Positions 47,346 to 58,225 of a DNA stretch of 64,000 nt are shown here, one piece after another. The stretch lies in the NCBI GenBank assembly GCA_035544015.1, contig DATKIP010000012.1, positions 182,393 to 246,392 of the forward strand, read 5' to 3'. The position numbers and the translations under genes were made by a program. This DNA is from Candidatus Saccharimonadia bacterium. Lineage in GTDB: Bacteria > Patescibacteriota > Saccharimonadia > UBA4664. The notes under the pieces were generated by a model, which was not told where the DNA came from, did no database searches, and was given only the letters and a program-made list of their open reading frames with translations. The first letter of the stretch is position 1; each line of letters opens with the position of its first letter.

Positions 47346-48218
47346 CTATAATCGCTGGCACTTCGGGCACACATGCGTCCCCCGCCCAGCCACCCGGATT
47401 TTCTCGATCACCGTGCCGCACACCGCGCAAGGCAATCCCTGCCGCCGAAACACCCGCGCGTGCTCTAAGTAATCCCCCGTGCCGCCTAGTGAATTCACGT
47501 AATGCGCAAAACTCGTGCCGCCATGCTCGATGCCCGCCGTCATGATGTCGCGCGTCGCCGCCTGCAGCCGCCGCACCTCGGGCAGCGTCAGCGAACCCGC
47601 CAGCCGCGCCGGATGAATCCGCGCCAAATGCAGCGACTCGTCGGCGTAAATATTGCCAATGCCACCCACGGTCGACTGATCGAGTATCACCGCCTTCACC
47701 GGCGCCCGCGCGTGTCGCCGCAGCTGATCACCCAAATACGCAGCCGTAAATTCCGCCGACAGCACCTCCGGCCCCAGGCGCGCCACCAACGGATCCAGCC
47801 CCACCTCGGCCGTCGGCACGAGCTTCATCCAGCCAAATTTGCGCTGGTCGTTGAAAAACAGCCGATCGCCCGAAGCAAACCCAAACACCAGCCGCGTCGA
47901 CCCATCCGGCAGCGCCTCGCGCATGCTCAAAGACGGATGCCCACCAGCATACCGCTCCCCATCTGCCTTCACGAGCACCATTTGGCCTGTCATCTTCAAA
48001 TGAAACATCATCGTGTATCCGCGATCGAGCTCCAGCAGCAGCACCTTCGCTCGGCGCGCCACATGCCGCACCACCGCCCCCAGCATCACCGTACGCGCCA
48101 CTCCCACCGGCTCCACGAGGCTGCCGGGCCACCGCACATCCACGTCCGCGATAGTCTGGCCCACAATGCTCACCTCAAGCCCACGCCGAATTGTCTCTAC
48201 CTCCGGTCCTTCCGGCAT
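47346..48218 (-). CDS. mutM: Formamidopyrimidine-DNA glycosylase
   Basis: PEGPEVE, HLKMTG, GIGNIYADE, C4 zinc finger. Confidence 0.98.
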   Translation of the reverse strand: MPEGPEVETIRRGLEVSIVGQTIADVDVRWPGSLVEPVGVARTVMLGAVVRHVARRAKVLLLELDRGYTMMFHLKMTGQMVLVKADGERYAGGHPSLSMREALPDGSTRLVFGFASGDRLFFNDQRKFGWMKLVPTAEVGLDPLVARLGPEVLSAEFTAAYLGDQLRRHARAPVKAVILDQSTVGGIGNIYADESLHLARIHPARLAGSLTLPEVRRLQAATRDIMTAGIEHGGTSFAHYVNSLGGTGDYLEHARVFRRQGLPCAVCGTVIEKIRVAGRGTHVCPKCQRL

Positions 48219-48221
48219 ATG

Positions 48222-48698
48222 TCACCGTTTCCTAGTCTGTTGAAGCTGCCATGTCCGGTAGCGCGTCCAGTCTTGAACCGACTTCACCGCCGTCCGCGCA
48301 TAACTATCCGAAGTAATCGACCGAAAATCCTCTTCGCGCACCGTTTCCGGGTTCTCGGCGATGAAATTCTCGAGAAGCACCAATTTGCCGCCTCGCCGCC
48401 GCACACTCTGCACCGAATACACCCGGCGCTGCTCAAATTTACCCTGCTTGTCATGCTCATATTCGATCCGCACCACCTCCTCGGCCGGCGCCGTATCAGC
48501 GTTCAGAATCGAGAGATGGCACCGATTCATCCGGCCACCCGACTCCGTAGCGTCAATCGTCATCTGGCGGCCCACCTCAGCACCCCCCGGCAGCCGCATC
48601 ACGCGCAGTTCACCCGAGGATTCCGCATCAATCGCCGTCGCCACCAGCGTCACAATCTCTTGGCAGGTGGCCTGCAGAATCTCGTCTGGCTCGCCCAT
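48222..48698 (-). CDS. Hypothetical protein
   Basis: 158 aa ORF tightly filling the polA-mutM gap. Confidence 0.6.
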   Translation of the reverse strand: MGEPDEILQATCQEIVTLVATAIDAESSGELRVMRLPGGAEVGRQMTIDATESGGRMNRCHLSILNADTAPAEEVVRIEYEHDKQGKFEQRRVYSVQSVRRRGGKLVLLENFIAENPETVREEDFRSITSDSYARTAVKSVQDWTRYRTWQLQQTRKR

Positions 48699-48701
48699 CG
48701 C

Positions 48702-51491
48702 CTACAGCGCTCCCCAATTATTCCCCACGGCCGTATCCACCGCCAATGGCACGCCCAAATCAATCACCCCGCTCATCACCTCGGCCATCAACGCCGCCAC
48801 CTGTTCGCCCTTGGCCTCCGGCGCCTCCACGATGAGCTCATCGTGAATTTGCAGCAACAGATCACAGTCGTCGCCAAGCCGCCGCGCCAGCTCGATCATC
48901 GCCAACTTGTAAATATCCGCCGCCGTCCCCTGAATCGGCACATTCACCGCCACCCGCTCCGCCGAGCTGCGAATCTGAAAATTGCTCGACCGCACCTCCG
49001 GACAAGCCCGTCGACGCCCAAACAACGTCGCCGTATATTGCTTGTCATAGGCAAATTTCTTCGTCGCCTCGATGTACTCCTTAAGCTTGGGCCGCACCTC
49101 AAAGTACCGCTCAATAAACCCAGCTGCTTCTTTACCATCCATTCCCGTAGCCACACTCAACCCGTGCGGGCTCATGCCATACAACACCCCAAAATTGATC
49201 GTTTTCGAGGCACTTCGCTGCTCTTTTGTGACTTCCTCAAGCGGCACACCGTACAATTCCGCCGCCGTTTGCTGATGCAAATCGATCCCCGCTTTAAACG
49301 TCGCGATCATGTCTTGATCACCCGCCAGTGCCGCCGCCACCCGCAGCTCGATCTGCGAATAATCAGCGCTCACGAGCACACGACCCTCTGGAGCCACAAA
49401 CGCCGTCCGAATCTCGCGCCCCAGCTCAGTGCGCACCGGAATATTCTGCAAATTCGGGTTCGTACTCGAAAGCCGTCCTGTCTGTGCAATCGTTTGGCTA
49501 AAACTCGTGTGCACCCGGCCATCCGCTCCCACCTGTGCCGGCAAGGCGTCCACGTAGGTATTTTTGAGCTTATCGAGCTCACGATACTCCATAATCAGTG
49601 GAATAATCGGGTGCACCCCGCGCAGCTTCTCGAGCACATCCGCCGCCGTCGACACCCCCGTCTTGCCCTTCTTGAGCCCCGCCACCGGCAGCGCCAACCG
49701 TCCGTACAAAATCTGCCCCAACTGCGCCGGGCTGCCCAAGTTAAATTCCTCACCAGCCTGATCGTAAATCTCGCCTTTGAGCTCCCCAATGCGCTTTTCG
49801 AGCCGTTTGCCAAACGTCGCCAACACCTCCGTATCGAGCTTGATACCGGCGATCTCCATCTCACCTAGCACCGGCACAATCGGCCACTCTACCTCCGTGG
49901 CCAGCCGCTCCATGCTCCAGCCATACTCATTCACCTCGCGCCACTGCTCCAGCTGGCCTTTGAGCCGCTCGTACAGCCGCCACGAAATATCGGCGTCCTC
50001 AGCCGCATACGTAGCCGCCTCCTCGATATTGGTGCCGTTAAACGAAATCTGTGCTTTGCCCACGCCAATCATCTCCGAGATCGGAATCATTTCGATCCCC
50101 AGCTCGCTGTAGGCCAAGTCATCGAGCGACTGCGACCGTCCCACCGAATTGAGCAAAAACGCCGCGATCATAGTATCAAACGCAATGCCCTGCACCCGAA
50201 TCCCATGCCGCCGCAACACCTCGTAATCAAACTTCACGTTATGGCCGGTCTTGCCCACCGCCAGGTTCTCGAGCACCGGCCGCAGCCGGTCGAGCACCAC
50301 CGCCGATGCCAACTGCTCGCCCTCATCGTGACCCACCGGCACGTAGTAGGCCTCGCCTTCCGTAAACGCCACGCTCAAACCCACCAAATCCGCACTCATG
50401 GTATCTACCGAGGTGGTCTCGGTATCAAACGCAAACACCGGCTGCTGCTCGAGCTTGCTCGCCAGCTCCTCCAGTGCCGCTTCCGTCGTCACCGCCGTGT
50501 ACTTCACCGCGTCCAGATGCTCGCGCCGCGGCTTCGCCGGGCCGGCCTCATCGCCAAACAGCGTCAGCGGCCCCGTCGCGGCCACCTCCCCCACCGCGCC
50601 GCTCGCCACCGCCACCTCGCGCTTGAGCTCCGGCAGCTTGTTCATGAGGCTACGAAACTCCAGTCGCCGAAACAGCTCGCTCAGCTTTTCATAATCCCCC
50701 GGGCGCACTTTAGCCGCATCCAGATCGAGCTTCACCGGCGCATCACACACAATTACGCTCAGTTTACGGCTCAGGTAAGCCATTTCCTTCTCAGCGCGCA
50801 ATTTCTCACCCACGCTTCCCACAATCTCATTCGCATGCTCATAAATCCCATCGAGGGTCTGATACAGCGCCAGCAGCTTGATCGCCCCCTTGTCGCCAAT
50901 CCCCTTCACGCCCGGAATATTGTCGCTCGCATCGCCTACTAGCGCCTTGTAATCAATAAACTGCTGCGGCGTCAGCCCATATCGCTCCTGCATTTTGGCC
51001 AAATCGTACCGCGTTGGCTCCAAGCCGCGCGGGTTAAACATGTCCACCACCGTCGCCTTGTCGATCAGCTGCAGCTGATCTTTGTCGCCAGTCGCGATCA
51101 CAATCTCCAAGTCACCGCGCTCCTCGGCCTGCCGCGCCAGCGTGCCAATAATGTCATCAGCCTCGTAGTTTTCCAGCTCCACCCACGGCATTCGCAGCGC
51201 CTCCACCAGCTCACGCGTGGTCGGAATCTGCGCGTACAGATCATCCGGCTGCTTCACCCGCGTAGCTTTGTACGCCGGATAAAGCTCGTTGCGAAACGTT
51301 TTGCTCGATTTATCCCAGGTCACCACCACGTAAGCCGGCTGCAACGACTCGATCACCTTAAACATAATGTTGGCAAACCCGAGCACCGCGTTGGTAGGCG
51401 TACCATCGCGCGTCGATAAATGCGGAATCGCGTGGTACCCGCGGTGAAACACCGCCGACCCATCCACCAAGACCAATAATGGCTTCTTCAT
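48702..51491 (-). CDS. polA: DNA polymerase I
   Basis: 5'-3' exo (EADD, GD.SDNIPG), DTET 3'-5' exo, DYSQIELR, IHDE. Confidence 0.99.
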   Translation of the reverse strand: MKKPLLVLVDGSAVFHRGYHAIPHLSTRDGTPTNAVLGFANIMFKVIESLQPAYVVVTWDKSSKTFRNELYPAYKATRVKQPDDLYAQIPTTRELVEALRMPWVELENYEADDIIGTLARQAEERGDLEIVIATGDKDQLQLIDKATVVDMFNPRGLEPTRYDLAKMQERYGLTPQQFIDYKALVGDASDNIPGVKGIGDKGAIKLLALYQTLDGIYEHANEIVGSVGEKLRAEKEMAYLSRKLSVIVCDAPVKLDLDAAKVRPGDYEKLSELFRRLEFRSLMNKLPELKREVAVASGAVGEVAATGPLTLFGDEAGPAKPRREHLDAVKYTAVTTEAALEELASKLEQQPVFAFDTETTSVDTMSADLVGLSVAFTEGEAYYVPVGHDEGEQLASAVVLDRLRPVLENLAVGKTGHNVKFDYEVLRRHGIRVQGIAFDTMIAAFLLNSVGRSQSLDDLAYSELGIEMIPISEMIGVGKAQISFNGTNIEEAATYAAEDADISWRLYERLKGQLEQWREVNEYGWSMERLATEVEWPIVPVLGEMEIAGIKLDTEVLATFGKRLEKRIGELKGEIYDQAGEEFNLGSPAQLGQILYGRLALPVAGLKKGKTGVSTAADVLEKLRGVHPIIPLIMEYRELDKLKNTYVDALPAQVGADGRVHTSFSQTIAQTGRLSSTNPNLQNIPVRTELGREIRTAFVAPEGRVLVSADYSQIELRVAAALAGDQDMIATFKAGIDLHQQTAAELYGVPLEEVTKEQRSASKTINFGVLYGMSPHGLSVATGMDGKEAAGFIERYFEVRPKLKEYIEATKKFAYDKQYTATLFGRRRACPEVRSSNFQIRSSAERVAVNVPIQGTAADIYKLAMIELARRLGDDCDLLLQIHDELIVEAPEAKGEQVAALMAEVMSGVIDLGVPLAVDTAVGNNWGAL

Positions 51492-51530
51492 GTAATCCAG
51501 TATACAGCCCCGTCGTGTGTTGGGCGTGAC

Positions 51531-51562
51531 CCCGGAGGCCGCCGCTATATGCGACCCCCGGG
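51531..51562 (-). terminator. GC-rich hairpin after rpf-like gene
   Basis: cccgggggtcgc / gcggcctccggg on - strand (12 bp with G-U). Confidence 0.7.
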
Positions 51563-51607
51563 AGCCACTATCTAATGCGGCATCATGTCCGCGCTAGATT
51601 CGACGCG

Positions 51608-52462
<855 letters not shown>

Positions 52463-52568
52463 TCATGGTGCTCCCAGCCCTAGAGCCGGAGCGCACCCGT
52501 AAAAATAGCGGTGGATGGGGAATCACACCGCCACTCGCCACGGACCGTATGCCCGTGGTTACGCAGAC

Positions 52569-52597
52569 AACCTAGCAAACCCCCTCAAGTACGTCAA
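52569..52597 (-). promoter_or_regulatory. sigma70 promoter of the rpf-like gene
   Basis: TTGACG-17-TAGGTT with TGn. Confidence 0.7.
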
Positions 52598-52645
52598 CTC
52601 AGCTCAAACCACACTCAAAATTGAACACAAAAATTGCTCAGCATA

Positions 52646-54043
52646 TTACGCCCGGACGGGCTGAACACGATTCATCGCCGCCTTAGCTCGCTCTCCAATA
52701 TCAATCGGATACGCCCCGTCAAAACACGACATATTGAGCTTGCTACGCGCATGACCCGTCGCCTGCACCGTACCTTCATATGACAAGTAGCCCAGCGTCT
52801 CAGCTCCAATTTTTTGCCGAATTTCATCCACACTCATTCGCGCCGCTATGAGCTCGCTCGGGTCAGGCGTATTGATGCCATAGAAATCCGGATACCGCAC
52901 CGGCGGCGAACTCACGAGCACATGCACCTTGCGTGCACCCGCCCCGTACAACAAATCCACGATCTTGGCGGTAGTTGTGCCCCGCACGATCGAATCGTCT
53001 ACCACCACCACATCCTTGCCCATCACTACTTCCGGCACCGGATTAAGCTTGGTGCGCACATCGCGCTCGCGCAATTCCTGCGTAGGACGAATAAACGTGC
53101 GGTGAATGTAGCGATTTTTGATAAATCCATGATCAAACGCAATACCTGTCGCTTGGGCATACCCCAGCGCCGCCGGAATCGCACTATCCGGCACCGGCAC
53201 CACCACATCGGCCTTCAGCGGAAATTCCGCCGCCAAATTGCGGCCCATTTGCCGCCGCACCTCATTTACCTTACGACCCATAATCATACTGTCGGGACGA
53301 GCAAAATAAACATACTCGAAAATATCCAGCGCCTGACGAGCCTTCACCACCTGCCGACTCTGCACGCCATCAGGACCAATCGACACAATCTCACCCGGCT
53401 TCACATCGCGCAAAAACGCCGCCCCAATCGTATCAAACGCACACGTCTCCGAAGCAATCGTAAATCCATCCGCCAGCCTCCCCAGCGACAATGGCCGAAT
53501 CCCACACTCATCGCGAAAGCCCACCACCGTCACACCGTCCATCGCCACGCACGAAAAAGCCCCCGTAAACAGAGGCCAAGCGGCTTCGATGGCATCAATC
53601 ATGGGCTTACCCTGCTGCATGTACCAAGCAATACTCGCTGCCATCATGCCCGAATCATTGAGCCCCGCCGTCGACATACCATGCCGGTCCAAAAATTCCT
53701 CGAGCTTCTGAGTATCCGGCAGATTACCGTTGTGCGCAAAGGCCAGATTCACCCCGCGATGCACAAACGGCTGCAGATGCGAGCCCTCACCCGAAGTAGC
53801 ATAACGATTGTGGCCGATCGACATTTTGCCGCCAAGCCGCGCCAGATCCGCCTCGTTGTACACGTGCGCCACCAGCCCGCCACCAGCCCGCAAGTGCATA
53901 CCATGACTATCGCTACTCGCGATTCCCGAGCTCTCTTGGCCTCGATGCTGCAATGCCCACAATCCGTAGTAGGTAAGCCGCGCCGCGTCGGGACTATCAG
54001 TCACGACCCCGAACACACCGCACTTCTCGGTCAATTCCGGCAA
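52646..54043 (-). CDS. purF: Amidophosphoribosyltransferase
   Basis: Propeptide then CGVFG, LQHRGQES, HNGN, VDDSIVRGTT. Confidence 0.96.
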   Translation of the reverse strand: MPELTEKCGVFGVVTDSPDAARLTYYGLWALQHRGQESSGIASSDSHGMHLRAGGGLVAHVYNEADLARLGGKMSIGHNRYATSGEGSHLQPFVHRGVNLAFAHNGNLPDTQKLEEFLDRHGMSTAGLNDSGMMAASIAWYMQQGKPMIDAIEAAWPLFTGAFSCVAMDGVTVVGFRDECGIRPLSLGRLADGFTIASETCAFDTIGAAFLRDVKPGEIVSIGPDGVQSRQVVKARQALDIFEYVYFARPDSMIMGRKVNEVRRQMGRNLAAEFPLKADVVVPVPDSAIPAALGYAQATGIAFDHGFIKNRYIHRTFIRPTQELRERDVRTKLNPVPEVVMGKDVVVVDDSIVRGTTTAKIVDLLYGAGARKVHVLVSSPPVRYPDFYGINTPDPSELIAARMSVDEIRQKIGAETLGYLSYEGTVQATGHARSKLNMSCFDGAYPIDIGERAKAAMNRVQPVRA

Positions 54044-54103
54044 GGCTCCGCCCTCTTAGAGTTCCATTGTATATCGTTGGGCTCGCCTCCGACAACTCCT
54101 ATG

Positions 54104-55588
54104 TTACGCCCCCGGAATGGCGGCCAGCGACTCCGCTTCCACTTCCGTTTCGCGCTCAGCCTCATCGGCCGTCGCCCGGTGCACCTTCAGCACCGTCGCT
54201 GCCACCACGCTAGCGGCCACCGCAAACAGCGCCGCCATCGCAAATCCGCGCTGGAAACCGTGCACCAAAGCCGTCTGCATCACGGCCGGATTGCCGTGCG
54301 CCGCCACCAGGTCGGCCTTCGTCACCGAGGTCGACACCACGCTCAGCACTGCCAGGCCGATGGCCCCGCCGATCTGTTGCGCCGTATTAAGCAAGCCCGA
54401 GATCAACCCCGACTCCTCGTGCGACACGCCGCTCGTGGTCACCAAGGTGGTGGTCACGAACACCGCCGCCATACCAGTAGCCATCAGCGCAATGCCGGGG
54501 AAAATGTCGATCCAGTAGTTGGCATGCACCGGGATGCGCGCAAAGTACATCAGCCCAGCCGCCACTACGAGCGGCGCGATGATCAAAATCGGCTTAGGGT
54601 TAAGCTTAGCAATCCGCCCCGACAACACCCCGGCCACAATGATCAATATGATGGTAAACGGCACGTCCGCCACACCCGTCATCGTCGGCGAGTAGTGCAG
54701 AATCTGCTGCAGGTAAATCGACAGGTAGAAGAACATCCCAAATAGCGCTGCCGGCATCAGAGTCTGAATCAGACTCCCACCACTCACATTGCGCCGTCGA
54801 AAAATCCCCAGCTTTATCAACGGCTGCCGCACCCGCAACTCATTCACAATGAACACTGCCATCAGCGCCGCCGTCAGGCCAAATGCCCCCAACGTAACGC
54901 CACTGCCCCAGCCCTTCGACGGCACCTGCGCCAAAGCGTACACCAAACTCATCAAACTACCGGTCACCGTTACGGCGCCCATCAGATCCAGACTTTGCTT
55001 CGCTTGCGGCATACTCTTGGGCACAAACCGCAGCGCCATCACCATCACCACCACCGCAATCGGCACGTTGATGAAGAAAATCCAGCGCCAGTCCACGTAC
55101 TGTGTCAGCACGCCACCGAGCAGCAGCCCCACAGCGCCACCACCGCCGGCGATCATGCTCCAAATACCCAGCGCCCGGTTGCGCGCCGGCCCTTCAGCAA
55201 AAATCGTCAGCACCAGCGACAAAGCCGACGGCGCCAGCAATGCCCCGCCTAGACCCTGCAACGCTCGCAGTACTATCAATGTCCCCGGGTTCTGGGAAAA
55301 CCCAGCCGCCAGCGACGCTAGCGCAAAGAAGCCCACGCCGGCCATAAACACGCGGCGGCGGCCAAACAAATCCGCCAGCCTTCCGCCCAGCAGCAAAAAG
55401 CCGCCAAACGCCAGCGCGTAGGCCGTTACCACCCACTGCAAATCCGAAGCGGCGGCAAAGCCCAGCGCTTTCTGAATCGCCGGCAGTGCCACGTTCACAA
55501 TCGTGGCGTCCAAAATCACCATGAACTGCGCCGCGGCCAATACCGCCAGCGCCCAACCTTTATGTTTCACTGCTTCAATCACAAACAC
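54104..55588 (-). CDS. 14-TM MFS efflux transporter (EmrB/QacA-like)
   Basis: LD.TIVNVALP, G.LAD.FGRR, WRWIFFINVP. Confidence 0.95.
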   Translation of the reverse strand: MFVIEAVKHKGWALAVLAAAQFMVILDATIVNVALPAIQKALGFAAASDLQWVVTAYALAFGGFLLLGGRLADLFGRRRVFMAGVGFFALASLAAGFSQNPGTLIVLRALQGLGGALLAPSALSLVLTIFAEGPARNRALGIWSMIAGGGGAVGLLLGGVLTQYVDWRWIFFINVPIAVVVMVMALRFVPKSMPQAKQSLDLMGAVTVTGSLMSLVYALAQVPSKGWGSGVTLGAFGLTAALMAVFIVNELRVRQPLIKLGIFRRRNVSGGSLIQTLMPAALFGMFFYLSIYLQQILHYSPTMTGVADVPFTIILIIVAGVLSGRIAKLNPKPILIIAPLVVAAGLMYFARIPVHANYWIDIFPGIALMATGMAAVFVTTTLVTTSGVSHEESGLISGLLNTAQQIGGAIGLAVLSVVSTSVTKADLVAAHGNPAVMQTALVHGFQRGFAMAALFAVAASVVAATVLKVHRATADEAERETEVEAESLAAIPGA

Positions 55589-55626
55589 CTCCCGAGATAG
55601 ATCATTACATACAAAAGGTAGTATAG

Positions 55627-55639
55627 TTCAATAGTTGAA
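55627..55639. promoter_or_regulatory. Putative MarR operator
   Basis: ttcaa-tag-ttgaa palindrome between divergent MFS and marR genes. Confidence 0.5.
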
Positions 55640-55676
55640 GTTGTCAAATATTTACTATTTGTATTATACTAAAGCC

Positions 55677-56135
55677 ATGGAAACCGACTCAAAACAAGTT
55701 TGCGATGACCTCATGGCACTCGTTGGTCTGTTCAAGGGCAATTTAGCCAAATTAGCTGAAGCCCACGATCTCACCATTATGCAGCTTCACGCCCTCCACA
55801 CCCTCCAACATGGCGACTTAACAATGGGCCAAGTTGCCGCTACGCTTCATTGTGACGCCTCAAACGTCACCGGCATCGTCGACCGACTCGTGGCCAGTCA
55901 GCTCATTACCCGCCAAGAAAATGCCCACGACCGCCGCGCCAAAACCCTCCAGCTCACCGCCAAGGGTCAGCGCCTCATCGACAACATCACCGGCCAACTC
56001 CCCGCTCAAATCGGCTGCGAAAAGCTCACTACGGCCGAGCAAGCTACCCTTCACCAGATCGTCAACGAGCTCACGGCCGTTCGATCTACGCCTCACCCCG
56101 CAACTGCTTCAGCGCCTGTGAATGCTCCTGAATAA
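55677..56135 (+). CDS. MarR family regulator
   Basis: SNVTGIVDRL, DRR.K...LT..G; TATACT 6 nt before ATG. Confidence 0.93.
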   Translation: METDSKQVCDDLMALVGLFKGNLAKLAEAHDLTIMQLHALHTLQHGDLTMGQVAATLHCDASNVTGIVDRLVASQLITRQENAHDRRAKTLQLTAKGQRLIDNITGQLPAQIGCEKLTTAEQATLHQIVNELTAVRSTPHPATASAPVNAPE

Positions 56136-56379
56136 CCCGCTTCTGAATCGCTCCCTGACTCTCCAATATCTCCACGTGCGGACCAAGATCCGAGACCTCA
56201 CGCCGCGTTTGCACCGTAGTCGTCACCAGTTCGGCGATCGCATCCATCTTGGCATCGAAGTGCTCAAATTTGACGCCCAAATCACGTACATCCGTCTCTA
56301 ACCCACCCACCTTCGCCTCGACACCGCTAATCTCTTCCCGAACTATTACTCGTACCTGTTCCGCCATTAACTCAGCCAT
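56086..56379 (-). CDS. Small coiled-coil hypothetical protein
   Basis: 97 aa heptad pattern; own promoter TTGCAT-17-TATTAT. Confidence 0.65.
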   Translation of the reverse strand: MAELMAEQVRVIVREEISGVEAKVGGLETDVRDLGVKFEHFDAKMDAIAELVTTTVQTRREVSDLGPHVEILESQGAIQKRVIQEHSQALKQLRGEA

Positions 56380-56422
56380 TCTAAACCCCTGTTATCACCA
56401 GTATAAATCGATCTGCCCGTCC

Positions 56423-56451
56423 ATAATACCGAACAATAAGCGAACATGCAA
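56423..56451 (-). promoter_or_regulatory. Promoter with GTTC-N7-GTTC repeat filling the spacer
   Basis: TTGCAT gttcgcttattgttcgg TATTAT. Confidence 0.7.
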
Positions 56452-56454
56452 ACC

Positions 56455-56477
56455 AAAAAGCGCCCTCCTGGGGCGCC
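56455..56477 (-). terminator. rpoD terminator
   Basis: gcgccc-cagga-gggcgc followed by T5 on - strand. Confidence 0.8.
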
Positions 56478-56503
56478 TTGGTCATGGGTCGAGCGAAGTG
56501 AGC

Positions 56504-57610
56504 CTACCGCAAATAATCCCGCAGTTTCTTGCTCTCGCGGTGCTTGCGCAGCTTCGCCAAGGCCTTAGCCTCAATCTGGCGAATCCGCTCGCGCGTCACC
56601 CCAAATTCCTGCCCCACTTCCTCGAGCGTATGCGAGCGCCCATCTTCCAGCCCAAATCGCATGCGCAAAATCTTCTGCTCCCGCGGCGTCAGCAGCGCCA
56701 GCACTTGGTTCACGTGCTCCTTGAGCAGCTGGTGCGTCGCCGCTTCTTCCGGCGTCAGCGAATCTTCGTCGGCGATGAAGTCGCCCAGCTGTGAATCCTC
56801 TTCCTCGCCCACCGGCGCTTCCAGACTCACAATGTCCTGCTTGATCTTGAGAATGTGGTTCACCTTGTCCACATCCATTTCCATCTCCGCCGCAATCTCT
56901 TCCGGCAGCGGCTCGCGACCCAGCTCCTGCACCAGCCGGCGCTGAGTGCGGATCAGCTTGTTGATCGTCTCCACCATGTGCACCGGGATGCGAATGGTGC
57001 GCGCCTGGTCCGCAATCGCCCGCGTAATCGCCTGGCGAATCCACCAGGTGGCGTAGGTGGAAAATTTAAATCCCTTGGTATAGTCAAATTTCTCCACCGC
57101 CCGCAGCAACCCGGTGTTGCCCTCCTGGATGAGGTCAAGCAAGTCTAGCCCGCGGCCGATGTACTTCTTCGCGATCGACACCACGAGCCGCATGTTGGCC
57201 TCGGCCATAGCGTCTTTAGCCGCTTTATCGCCTTGCTCAATGCGCTTAGCCAGCATGATTTCCTGCTCGCCCGTCAGTAGCGGGATCTTACCGATCTCGC
57301 GCAGGTACAACCGCACCGAGTCGTCGGCGATGTCTTTGATGTAATCCTCGCTGATATCCGGGGTCTCTTCGTCATCCTTGTCCCAAATCAGCGCCTCTTT
57401 TTGGTCGGTAATCTCTACGCCCTGCTCGAGCAATGCGGCATAGAGCTCATCGAGCTCTTCCACGTTCTCTTCAGCCTCCGGCAGTACGCCCGCAATTTCT
57501 TGCTGCGTCACGTAACCTTGCTCCTTGCCCTTCGCGATCAACCGTTCCACTTCCGGCGAGTACCCGCTCGACCGATCCAGTGTTTCCTCTTCTGCAACCT
57601 TTTTTGCCAA
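56504..57610 (-). CDS. rpoD: Primary sigma factor
   Basis: [43 protein letters not shown]; TTG start with SD TAAGGAG. Confidence 0.99.
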   Translation of the reverse strand: MAKKVAEEETLDRSSGYSPEVERLIAKGKEQGYVTQQEIAGVLPEAEENVEELDELYAALLEQGVEITDQKEALIWDKDDEETPDISEDYIKDIADDSVRLYLREIGKIPLLTGEQEIMLAKRIEQGDKAAKDAMAEANMRLVVSIAKKYIGRGLDLLDLIQEGNTGLLRAVEKFDYTKGFKFSTYATWWIRQAITRAIADQARTIRIPVHMVETINKLIRTQRRLVQELGREPLPEEIAAEMEMDVDKVNHILKIKQDIVSLEAPVGEEEDSQLGDFIADEDSLTPEEAATHQLLKEHVNQVLALLTPREQKILRMRFGLEDGRSHTLEEVGQEFGVTRERIRQIEAKALAKLRKHRESKKLRDYLR

Positions 57611-57797
57611 AATCTAACTCCTTATACTACAACAACCACACGTCACCAGGTCATCGGCTCCGCGCAGGCAATTAATCTTATATCTATTCTGAAGTGTTCG
57701 ATAAAAATTTGCAGCCTCTCGTCAGGCCGAAACTCGGTCACTGTGGTCTGCTAGGGAAGAATGACAAGCGAACCCCTGCCCATCCCATTACCGACCC

Positions 57798-57826
57798 ATT
57801 GTACCTTCGGCCGTAAAATTCCGCAA
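57798..57826 (-). promoter_or_regulatory. rpoD promoter
   Basis: TTGCGG-17-TACAAT, about 180-nt leader. Confidence 0.65.
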
Positions 57827-57849
57827 GCCGCCGCACCTATACCACAAGC

Positions 57850-57878
57850 TTGATGTCATATCCAAAAGTCAGTATAGT
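57850..57878 (+). promoter_or_regulatory. Promoter of small inserted gene
   Basis: TTGATG-17-TATAGT. Confidence 0.65.
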
Positions 57879-57924
57879 AGTGTCGGCCAACCCCATCGGG
57901 GGATGTTTGTTCTGAGGAGTTCGT

Positions 57925-58164
57925 ATGTTGCTGCGCATCATCCGCAAGGTCGGGCTCATCGTGATCGTCGCGACCGCCCTGATCGCTTCCAGTACCGGGC
58001 TGGCCGAAGCGGCAGTCACCAGCACCACCGCGCTCGCCGCGAACGATGGCTCCCATAGCGCCTCGGGCACCATCGGTCTCGGGCTCATCGCGATAGGCCT
58101 CCCGCTCATGTTCGTCATGCTTGCGCGGAGCAGAAGGGCCAGGCGCCGCAACCGCCGTCGCTAA
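57925..58164 (+). CDS. Small exported/membrane protein with Arg-rich tail
   Basis: Signal peptide (AEA|A), one TM, RSRRARRRNRRR; SD GAGGAG. Confidence 0.75.
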   Translation: MLLRIIRKVGLIVIVATALIASSTGLAEAAVTSTTALAANDGSHSASGTIGLGLIAIGLPLMFVMLARSRRARRRNRRR

Positions 58165-58170
58165 CCCGCA

Positions 58171-58207
58171 CCCCGCTAGGACAGGCGCCCGCCCTGTCCT
58201 AGCGGGG
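58171..58207 (+). terminator. 15-bp perfect GC hairpin
   Basis: ccccgctaggacagg / cctgtcctagcgggg. Confidence 0.8.
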
Positions 58208-58225
58208 GCCCGTCATGTCTACCGC

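Noticed and set aside
57715-57745. CUGACGA and GAAAC near each other in the rpoD leader
   Set aside because: The two motifs are on opposite strands and cannot form one hammerhead.
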